Shown here: piece by piece, positions 25,080 through 32,700 of the stretch
How positions within the stretch are numbered: position 1 is the stretch's first letter
Layout: each line of letters opens with the position of its first letter
IMG/VR virus record: IMGVR_UViG_3300042510_000134
Coordinates: 1-41,024 of that record
From: a virus
Lineage: Duplodnaviria > Caudoviricetes
Reading direction: 5' to 3' (one strand)
DNA length: 41,024 nt
Program-made: the position numbers and the translations under genes
Notes under the pieces: generated by a model
The model's input: only the letters and a program-made list of their open reading frames with translations
Database searches by the model: none
What the model was told of the DNA's origin: nothing

Positions 25080-26831
25080 CTACCTCCGCATTACAGTTCT
25101 TGCGCTAGCGCTTCCTTTTCCACTAGCACTTAGACTAGATAATAAACTTTGTAAAGCCCCGCCTTGACCACCTTCAGGAGGAGCGCCTCCTGCTGGCGCT
25201 GTGGGAGCAGGGGACGTTTGCTCGACCATAGAAGTAGCCCCAGCAGGAGGTAATTCTTCTGGCTCAAAGATATCTTCTATAGCATCTTCAAGAGCCTGTC
25301 CCTTTTGACGGGACTTAATAACTCCAGCAATTTTACGAATAATATCCGTAGGGTCTCCGCCTTGAACCGCCATCTGCGGTATAGCAAGTGTGTACTGTTG
25401 TAGTGAGGCCATTAACGCACTGCGTAAATCTTCTACTTCAATTTTTTCTTGTTCTTGCGTAACGTTAATACCAAATGGTAATTCACGTTGCGCTAAATCT
25501 TTAGAAATAAGTTTGCCGCCCAAAGCCTGTAGCATAAAGATAAGACCCTGTGCTGGGTTAAGACCAGCAAGCATTCCATAACGAACATCGGCTGTGTAGT
25601 CATTTTTAATATCTTTGCCAGGAGTATACTCAATAGAGTAAGGAGAACCAGCATCTACACCACGAATAGTCTTTTGATAGTTAAAAAACTTTTCATCAAT
25701 TTCAAAACAAACAGAAATAACATCTTTAAGCGCTGAAGCAAAAATAGCCTGAGCAGACTTTACCTGTGTGTCAAAGCCTCCCATAAGTGCCTGCACACCT
25801 TGTCCCGTGATGATGCTGGCATCAATGTTTCCAGTACGTCCTTCTGGATAACGTGTTCCTAATCTTAATTCTTGCTGTAGTAAAGCCTGCTCAGTAAATG
25901 CTCCAGGTGGAATATTTAAATCAACACGGCGTACACCAGCAGGGTTAGCGGTGCGAATAACAGCATCGCCACCCATTTCAAGTTCATTGACATCCGATGG
26001 TAGGACAATTGGTGCTTGCACGGACTTCTCCGCTGCTTCCATCGCAAGTAATGCGAACCTGTTACGAAGCAACTGAATACCGAGCACGTCATCAAACTGA
26101 CCACGCATCTCATTATCAATAGATGGTCTCTTAGCAACAACAACCATCATCTTACCAAGAGGATTTTTCGCTTGAGATAGTAATAGATTGTTACGCTCAG
26201 GAACATATAACACAGATTGTTCTTTGTCGTAATAACGAACAATCTCAATCTGTGCTGTCATATCTGCTCGGTACATTTCTTTACCAAGTAAGATATTTGC
26301 GTACTCAGGGAACTGTGAGGCAATTTCGCCAACAGCCATATAGTAACGTTTTGCAAAGGCAATGCAGCGTCCATAGCGGTCAAACTCTGGGTAAGCGCCC
26401 ACTGGGTTTTCTATGCGGATACGCGGCAGCCCTGCTTCTTCGTCCAATTCAACTATGAAAGGAACGAAACCAAATGTTATGTATACATCGGCTCCTGTAT
26501 ACATCTGGACTTGTAAATCCGAGTTAGCAAAATAATTAGTAGCAATACGAGTACGGGTATCAGCAAACCTACGAGCGCGGTCAGAACCCTGATTCGCCGC
26601 CGAACAGTTAACTGCTGGTAGTGGTGCCATAACCTCGGAAAGGTCTCTCGCAACAATATCAATAAAATTGGCAACGACATTAGCATCCACACCTTCAGGA
26701 AAGAAATCTGGATATACAGTTGCAATCTGTCCTTTACGGACAGCAAGAACATCTTGTTGGCGCGAATCGCGCTCTGCAGCACGTTGGCGTAAATTCTCAA
26801 CGCGTGCTGAGATTTGTTCTATTGACAGCAT
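25080..26831 (-). CDS. Portal protein
   Basis: 583 aa directly after terminase; VVANFIDIV early motif, helical body, P/G-rich disordered tail. Confidence 0.8.
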   Translation of the reverse strand: MLSIEQISARVENLRQRAAERDSRQQDVLAVRKGQIATVYPDFFPEGVDANVVANFIDIVARDLSEVMAPLPAVNCSAANQGSDRARRFADTRTRIATNYFANSDLQVQMYTGADVYITFGFVPFIVELDEEAGLPRIRIENPVGAYPEFDRYGRCIAFAKRYYMAVGEIASQFPEYANILLGKEMYRADMTAQIEIVRYYDKEQSVLYVPERNNLLLSQAKNPLGKMMVVVAKRPSIDNEMRGQFDDVLGIQLLRNRFALLAMEAAEKSVQAPIVLPSDVNELEMGGDAVIRTANPAGVRRVDLNIPPGAFTEQALLQQELRLGTRYPEGRTGNIDASIITGQGVQALMGGFDTQVKSAQAIFASALKDVISVCFEIDEKFFNYQKTIRGVDAGSPYSIEYTPGKDIKNDYTADVRYGMLAGLNPAQGLIFMLQALGGKLISKDLAQRELPFGINVTQEQEKIEVEDLRSALMASLQQYTLAIPQMAVQGGDPTDIIRKIAGVIKSRQKGQALEDAIEDIFEPEELPPAGATSMVEQTSPAPTAPAGGAPPEGGQGGALQSLLSSLSASGKGSASARTVMRR

Positions 26832-26838
26832 CTATTTC

Positions 26839-28725
26839 CTATCCATAAGTTTGTTGCCATTGCTCGGCAATTATTTCATCAAGATTTACACTATAACGTT
26901 TTTGTGACTGTGCTCTTGTAGCCCAACGGTTATGGGCGTACCTTTGGACTACAGAATTCTGTTGCATAAACTCACGACATCTAAGTACACCAAACCACAT
27001 AGCCATCACGCAGTCAGTCTTACCTTTAGTCTCAGGCTTCCAAGTAAGTAGTTGTTGTACTAAAGCCTTAAGTCCTTCAGAACCTTCAGTAGAAGGGAGT
27101 TCGATAATATTGTTCTTTTGGTGTTTACCATTGACGACAGTTCCGAAGAGCGTTGACATAGATGCGACACCAAAGTTTGTGTCCCATTTGTTTTTTCCAG
27201 TGAAGTGAGCATTGAGGCGAACGCCATAAGTTGCCAGCCATTGCTGTAAATCTGTATCGAGGGCGTAGGCTTTTTGGTGGGCGTTAATTTCAACTCTGAG
27301 TTCTTGCGGTTTGTATTTCTGGACAAAGTCTTCTATTGCCTGCCTAATCTTCTGTGGGTTTGGCTCCGCCATATTATGGCAATCCAAAATATAAATCTTT
27401 CCATCCATCCTGTTGTAAGTCATAGCCACGAACGCAGCGTGCCCAGCACCCATAGCGGGGTCAAACCCAACTACAGTATAACCTTCAACTTGTGTTGGAT
27501 GTCCAGCAGCGCCAAGTCTTAACAGGCCTTTCTTACGCATACCGTTAACAGACCCCTGCACCAACTCAGGTGGGAAAATAGAATCTTCAGTTATGTCTTC
27601 TTGCTGGTAGACCAGTGCCCAGGTAGAGGGAGTTACTTCACCTCTGCGTCTTGCTAATGTTTGCCCATCCCATTTCGGGAAAAGTCCTTCTTCGTCAGGT
27701 GTCTCATCATCGCCATCCCACGCAACGTCCGACTTAGGCCAAAGCGTAACCCAGTCTTTCGGTTTATCCGCATACTCCAAAACAGCAGGCATACCCATAT
27801 ACGTAAATGGACTCTTACCGCTTGACCAATGCTTCGGGTCGCGGAGTTCTTTGTAGAAGTCGTTTGCCGCAATTCGGGTTCCTACTATCAACAACTTGCC
27901 GTTCTTACCCAGACGGGTAATAACTTCTTTCTGTAGCCAGTTAATCTGCTTTTCGTGTTCGTGAGCATTGGCTGTAGTTATACAGTCATCAAGAATAATT
28001 AAGTCAGCACGGGCACCGTAGATTTGACCCCCCATACCGAGTGCCTGAATTGTCGGGTCTTTCTCAGATGAATTACGGGCATCGTTTCCCAAATAGACTG
28101 TGTCAACACGCCAGGTATCAGAGTCTTCTTTCCATCCCCCTTCTGGTCCAAAAGTTGTTTGCAACTTCAACCAGCGCGGGTGGCTTAACCTTTGCTTTAT
28201 TGCGTACACGAATTCCCGTGCTTTGACAAGAGTCTTAGAAACTACGATGATTCTAACATTTGGGTCTAACGCTATGCGGTAGGTAGCGTAATTCACCGTA
28301 ATCACGGTGGACTTAGCGTGCTCAGGTGGCACGTTTACAAGAAGGCGATGTTTATCGCCAGGCTCGTAAATCATATTGCGGTGGAGCCAAGTAGGCTCTA
28401 CACCCTCCAGTAGGTCAATCCAGTCCTGATGATGGGGAAAGACTTTCTGGTCTAAAAACATTTTAGAGAACTGTGGAAAAGAGACATCCTCACGGGCTAC
28501 CCCTAAGGCTTTCAGGGAATTGTCCTTGGCGTTCTCTTTCGCATCCACTAGGTCAGAGGCAAACTTCTTATCCCTAGATACCCAGATACGGACAGTGTCT
28601 GGCTTTTTGCCCAACTGCTCCATAGCCCTATGTACAGGCATACCCTCAGATACAAGGGCTAAGACTTTAGCCTTGGCTTCTGCCATAGCCTTTGTCCTAG
28701 GGTTATTGCTAGTCTGAAAAGTCAC
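26839..28725 (-). CDS. Terminase large subunit with N-terminal HTH extension
   Basis: Walker A VNVPPEHAKST, GARADLIILDD Walker B, VGTR coupling motif, GFDPAMG nuclease motif and C-terminal D.VMA. GTG start at 28725 preferred over the upstream in-frame extension. Confidence 0.9.
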   Translation of the reverse strand: MTFQTSNNPRTKAMAEAKAKVLALVSEGMPVHRAMEQLGKKPDTVRIWVSRDKKFASDLVDAKENAKDNSLKALGVAREDVSFPQFSKMFLDQKVFPHHQDWIDLLEGVEPTWLHRNMIYEPGDKHRLLVNVPPEHAKSTVITVNYATYRIALDPNVRIIVVSKTLVKAREFVYAIKQRLSHPRWLKLQTTFGPEGGWKEDSDTWRVDTVYLGNDARNSSEKDPTIQALGMGGQIYGARADLIILDDCITTANAHEHEKQINWLQKEVITRLGKNGKLLIVGTRIAANDFYKELRDPKHWSSGKSPFTYMGMPAVLEYADKPKDWVTLWPKSDVAWDGDDETPDEEGLFPKWDGQTLARRRGEVTPSTWALVYQQEDITEDSIFPPELVQGSVNGMRKKGLLRLGAAGHPTQVEGYTVVGFDPAMGAGHAAFVAMTYNRMDGKIYILDCHNMAEPNPQKIRQAIEDFVQKYKPQELRVEINAHQKAYALDTDLQQWLATYGVRLNAHFTGKNKWDTNFGVASMSTLFGTVVNGKHQKNNIIELPSTEGSEGLKALVQQLLTWKPETKGKTDCVMAMWFGVLRCREFMQQNSVVQRYAHNRWATRAQSQKRYSVNLDEIIAEQWQQTYG

Positions 28726-29706
28726 AGAATTGTCCCATCTACATCCGTAAATACAGGCTGTCAGATACAGATAGAGATACAGTCTGTAACGCAAGCCCTC
28801 AAGGCTTGCTACTACCAGTGGGCACTTTGTGCCCCTATATACTATTAATCCGTTCAAACAGCCATTCCGAACGGTTTATAACAAAATTGTTATACAGATA
28901 ACAGTCTAATCAGGACAAAATAGGACAGAACAGGGCACAGGCTCTGTACGGAAAAATCTTTTATGGAGTTACTACTATAGGTTCAACCCGCCTTTAATAA
29001 GTCTAGGGTCAAACAGACTCAGTGCTGCTCATCTGATAGCCCTGTTACAGTGCTGTTCAGATAGTTCTGAGTCTACAGACTATCTGCCCGACAGGCTGAC
29101 TGTCGCGCTGGCTGGCCTATAACTATTCTGTCCAGCCTAATAATAAAATCTGAATCGGCAGGCCGATTACTAAGCCAGTGCCACAGGATAGAAACTATAA
29201 CTACCTTTCCCTCCGTGTCGCACAGCGCCACGCCCTCTGGCTGAGACACTGGACACTGCCATAATTTCTAGGCTATCAGCGTCCACGGACGCGCCGTGTC
29301 TGAAGCCACGCCTGCTCCGTTGTCGCCTCCATAGACCTATCGCTTTGAGGCTCAAGGTCTATGTTCAGCGCCACGACTGGCTAGCAGCCAGAAATCATTG
29401 CCTGGACGCTGGAACATCCTATCGGCATCGCCGTTTTGTCAAATGAGTCGCAGCCAGCGATTTTTTGCAAGCAAAAAATAACTGGGCTATCGTATTTGAC
29501 AAAATTGTGGGCGCTTCTCTGTTCACGTGGTTCTTCGGCTCAACGGCTCAATGTATCGCTGAAGCCTTTATATCTTTTGCCTAAAGGCAAAAGATGGACG
29601 GCTTCAAAGCACACGATACATAGCAGGTCAGCGCAAGCGCTGTCTGCTTCGCCTACCGATTTTAGTTAATTGCTTTTGCGTCAACGGGACGCAAGACAGA
29701 GAGGAA
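28726..29706. promoter_or_regulatory. Divergent non-coding control region, probable genome end/packaging region
   Basis: About 1 kb with no credible ORF between the two oppositely oriented arms; dense inverted repeats and ACAG/CTGT short motifs. Confidence 0.6.
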
Positions 29707-30093
29707 ATGATGAACGAAGTAAGCAACGGCATCTCAATACAAAATATGTGCTATCAGTGCCAAGCCCTTGAAACCCTATGTCCAGACTGTATGGAACTGA
29801 AAGACAGTCGAGACATCTACATTGCCCATCAGATAGTTGATGAGGGCAACCTACAATACCAGCATATCTGGAGTCGGTCTGACCTGCCTGTATCTGGTCA
29901 CGAATGGGTTGGTTCTATTACCAGAACCTACCGAGGAACTGAGCGTCAAGAGTTCCTTGAGCCTGTCACTAACTTATCTGACAGATTTATGGACTTAGAA
30001 ACGTCTATGACTGTCCTTGACTCGGAGGTAATATGCCAGTCCTGCCACCTGCTCTACAACAAATACCAAGCCGACTGCCCAGTCTGCTTCTAA
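29707..30093 (+). CDS. Early protein with two zinc-finger-like CxxC pairs
   Basis: CYQC..CPDC and CQSC..CPVC; GAGG SD. Confidence 0.65.
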   Translation: MMNEVSNGISIQNMCYQCQALETLCPDCMELKDSRDIYIAHQIVDEGNLQYQHIWSRSDLPVSGHEWVGSITRTYRGTERQEFLEPVTNLSDRFMDLETSMTVLDSEVICQSCHLLYNKYQADCPVCF

Positions 30094-30157
30094 CCGAAAC
30101 GGCGAGCCCTGTCGCAAGCGACAGGGGCTTCGCCCACAATAACCTAAGGAGAATAAG

Positions 30158-30484
30158 ATGACTACAGTAAACAAGTTCGAGTTCAACAATGCCCTACTCA
30201 AGGGTATCAAAGTCCGTGGCGATTTCGTCACAGGCCAAGTTCAGTCAAGACAAACTGAATACACGCCAGACGGCAATGTCCGTTCACGCTTCATAGCATC
30301 ACGCCAAGTGACCATCTATGACCCAGCGATAGTCGCAAGACTAAAGGAACTACTAGTCAGCACTGACGAACTTCCCGTCACCTGCTCAGGCTATATGACC
30401 ACCACTGTTCGTGAAAACGGCAACGGCGCAAAGCCAACTTGGTATGACAACCAAATCGTCACCGAGTTAGAGGTTCTTTCCTAA
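30158..30484 (+). CDS. Putative divergent single-stranded DNA-binding (OB-fold) protein
   Basis: C-terminal VTCSGYMTT...W....IVTELE resembles SSB strands 4-5; AAGGAG SD; followed by a terminator. Confidence 0.45.
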   Translation: MTTVNKFEFNNALLKGIKVRGDFVTGQVQSRQTEYTPDGNVRSRFIASRQVTIYDPAIVARLKELLVSTDELPVTCSGYMTTTVRENGNGAKPTWYDNQIVTELEVLS

Positions 30485-30491
30485 CAACTCC

Positions 30492-30536
30492 AGGCAGGGC
30501 AGGCGCTACGGTGCCTGCTCTGCCTTACTTTTTTTT
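30492..30536 (+). terminator. Intrinsic terminator with cUACGg tetraloop
   Basis: AGGCAGGGCAGGCGC-TACG-GTGCCTGCTCTGCCT followed by a T8 run. Confidence 0.85.
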
Positions 30537-30598
30537 ACAAACCCCGCTGTAACTAACACAGAGCACTACGAGTCCATTACTTTTCACAGGAGGCTACT

Positions 30599-30754
30599 AT
30601 GTATTTAGATAATATGACAACACTGGCAATCATCATAGCGCTGGTATCTACAATGACTATGACAGGTATTGCTGTATACAAAGCCCATCAATGGGAGCAG
30701 GCATACCACAACGCAGCAAGGAAATTAAAAATAGAAATGGCAGCCCGCAGATGA
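30599..30754 (+). CDS. Small membrane protein (51 aa)
   Basis: MYLDNMTTLAIIIALVSTMTMTGIAVY...; AGGAGG SD; ATGA coupling to the next gene. Confidence 0.65.
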   Translation: MYLDNMTTLAIIIALVSTMTMTGIAVYKAHQWEQAYHNAARKLKIEMAARR

Positions 30755-30972
30755 TGACTGTATATGCGACACGGCGCTGCGCTGTATGCCATAAGACAGG
30801 AACTATTATGGTAGATGAACAGGAATTGCTACACTATCTGCGTGGCAATTATGTTCAGGATTCTTTCAAGACTATGTCAGCACCACTCCGTGAACAGGTA
30901 ATAACTGGCACGCATCCTGAATGCTGGCAACAAATGTTCGGACAAGAACTAGAGGAGACTATCAATGACTAA
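30751..30972 (+). CDS. Conserved small zinc-binding phage protein
   Basis: CAVC...REQVITGTHPECW. Confidence 0.65.
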   Translation: MMTVYATRRCAVCHKTGTIMVDEQELLHYLRGNYVQDSFKTMSAPLREQVITGTHPECWQQMFGQELEETIND

Positions 30973-31141
30973 CTTAGAAGCAGAATGTTTCAAGTGTGGC
31001 ACCGCTATATGGGTGCCCAACTATGAGTATATATCAGACAGAAACTTCTGTTACCCGTGTGCCAACAGTTATATGGGCAACCTTGTAGGTGTAACACCCG
31101 AAGAACTAGACAAAGCCAGAACAGAACAGGGGATAGGCTGA
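30965..31141 (+). CDS. Small zinc-finger protein (58 aa)
   Basis: MTNLEAECFKCG...FCYPC; GAGGAG SD. Confidence 0.6.
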   Translation: MTNLEAECFKCGTAIWVPNYEYISDRNFCYPCANSYMGNLVGVTPEELDKARTEQGIG

Positions 31142-31305
31142 TGCGTGACGAGGACTATCTAAAAAACTTAGGAGAGATAGCCAAATGGTTAGACTCTCTA
31201 ATTGTAGAGATAAACAAAATAAACGAAACAGTTGAAGACCTGATAGCAGAAGCACCAGTATCATTGGAAGCGTGGGACAAAGTAGGAGAAGACATATGGA
31301 AGTAG
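31141..31305 (+). CDS. Hypothetical protein
   Basis: TGATG coupling; acidic helical 54 aa. Confidence 0.55.
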   Translation: MRDEDYLKNLGEIAKWLDSLIVEINKINETVEDLIAEAPVSLEAWDKVGEDIWK

Positions 31306-31514
31306 AACAAGGGTTGTTACCGTCACAGATGAAAGCCCAAGCCATATTACTTAGAGAGTTCTATGGTTTTGGCAAGAACGAAATGGTTGTAGTTCTAAGA
31401 CAGTTAGTAACAGAATGTGATGACCTTGATACTAACTCAAGGTTGATAGTATTTAATCTAATCAGAAAAGCACAGGAGATATGCCGTAGCACAAAGGAGA
31501 TACAGAGTGTATGA
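31296..31514 (+). CDS. Hypothetical protein
   Basis: AGGAG SD before ATG at 31296. Confidence 0.55.
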   Translation: MEVEQGLLPSQMKAQAILLREFYGFGKNEMVVVLRQLVTECDDLDTNSRLIVFNLIRKAQEICRSTKEIQSV

Positions 31515-31602
31515 AGTTATCTATCCGCACATATCAACACCAATCACCTGGCTATACCTCATTGGCATTGGGTATTGCATATACAGATGGAGTACTAGAT
31601 GA
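31507..31602 (+). CDS. Small membrane peptide (31 aa)
   Basis: GTG start after AAGGAG; MYEVIYPHISTPITWLYLIGIGYCIYRWSTR; ATGA overlap with the next gene. Confidence 0.5.
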   Translation: MYEVIYPHISTPITWLYLIGIGYCIYRWSTR

Positions 31603-32036
31603 GACGCAAGTTAGCCGCGCTATTCAGTTGGGCATTGACAGTATCGTATGCAATCTTTCCGACTCAGTCACACGCAATGCAAGCAGCAGAACAGTTCTTG
31701 GACAAGGACGAGTCGCAAAAGAATGTACAGAAAGAAATCATATGGACCAAATCATTGAGCAAATACTATGCGAAGGCGTTGATGTCAGCACAGTATGAAC
31801 AATGGGATACCAAATCAGAATTCCGTGCGTTGTCAAAACTATGGGGTAAAGAATCAGCGTGGGACCACACTGCTGCTAACCCTAAGTCATCAGCGTATGG
31901 GATACCGCAGTTGTTAAAACTAAAACCAGAAACGCCTGCGCCCGAGCAGATTGCTCGGGGCTTGGCGTATATCGAACATCGGTACGGCAAACCATCAGTA
32001 GCGTGGGCGCATTGGCGCAAGCACGGCTGGTACTAA
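31599..32036 (+). CDS. Secreted lytic transglycosylase (lysozyme-like fold, actinobacterial type)
   Basis: Signal peptide; KESAW...A.NP.SSAYGIPQ and QI..GL.YI..RYG.P..AW.HW...GWY motifs. Confidence 0.8.
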   Translation: MRRKLAALFSWALTVSYAIFPTQSHAMQAAEQFLDKDESQKNVQKEIIWTKSLSKYYAKALMSAQYEQWDTKSEFRALSKLWGKESAWDHTAANPKSSAYGIPQLLKLKPETPAPEQIARGLAYIEHRYGKPSVAWAHWRKHGWY

Positions 32037-32050
32037 ACAAAGGAGACAGT

Positions 32051-32479
32051 ATGGCAAAAGGAAACAACAAAACAATCAATGTAAAATTACCTACAGCAAA
32101 AGTAATTATTGCATTGCAACAAGCGCTAGCCAAGTTAGAACTTGACTACACATCACAAGACCAAGCCGAAAAAGAATATCAAAAGGCTACAGAAAAATGG
32201 CGCAAAGATGTTATCAAGTTTGCGACCGATAACATATCAAAAGCAGAAAATATGCGGACTAACTATCGTCAATGGTCTGGCAATCTCAATGTTGATTTTG
32301 ATTTAACTGTTAAGGAGAATGAGTTTCCAGTTGAACCACAACGTGAGTTCGAAATAATGCATATCAGTACTTACAAAGATATGAAGGAAGAAATAAGTAA
32401 TAGTATTCGTATCCTTCAACTGACTGATGAAGAAGTAATATCTACTTCTACATACAATTCAATAGCAAGATACCTATAA
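32051..32479 (+). CDS. Hypothetical protein
   Basis: AAGGAG SD before ATG at 32051; 142 aa. Confidence 0.6.
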   Translation: MAKGNNKTINVKLPTAKVIIALQQALAKLELDYTSQDQAEKEYQKATEKWRKDVIKFATDNISKAENMRTNYRQWSGNLNVDFDLTVKENEFPVEPQREFEIMHISTYKDMKEEISNSIRILQLTDEEVISTSTYNSIARYL

Positions 32480-32490
32480 AGGAGACAGCA

Positions 32491-32700
32491 ATGATAATCA
32501 AACACGTGATAGAACTAGAGACAGTAATCAATGAAGAAGTAAACGAATTAACTGTTTACAAAATCAAAGGTATGCCAGAGGCAACTCGTCAACAGTTCTT
32601 TACTGAAGCAGCAAAAGAAATGATAGGCGCAGCACTAGAAAAAATGAATGAAGGAAATACTTGGGCAATACTTAGAGTAGCAGAGGAACAATCTGTATGA
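32491..32700 (+). CDS. Hypothetical protein
   Basis: AAGGAG SD; 69 aa. Confidence 0.55.
   Translation: MIIKHVIELETVINEEVNELTVYKIKGMPEATRQQFFTEAAKEMIGAALEKMNEGNTWAILRVAEEQSV

Noticed and set aside
28726-28857. In-frame N-terminal extension of terminase given by the ORF track
   Set aside because: Runs through hairpins and repeats, gives implausible sequence (YRLYLYLYL), and has no RBS; GTG 28725 fits better.
29421-29520. Canonical sigma-70 promoters from the two TTGACA hexamers in the hairpin arms
   Set aside because: No TAnnnT at 16-18 bp spacing on either strand (best is TAGGAT at 15 bp).
29170-29669. ORFs 29170-29355 (-) and 29436-29669 (+)
   Set aside because: No SD, no recognisable motifs, and they coincide with palindromic non-coding structure.
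31511-31798. 95 aa ORF in the track
   Set aside because: Overlaps the transglycosylase by 200 nt; the 31 aa GTG ORF with proper SD spacing and ATGA coupling explains the region.
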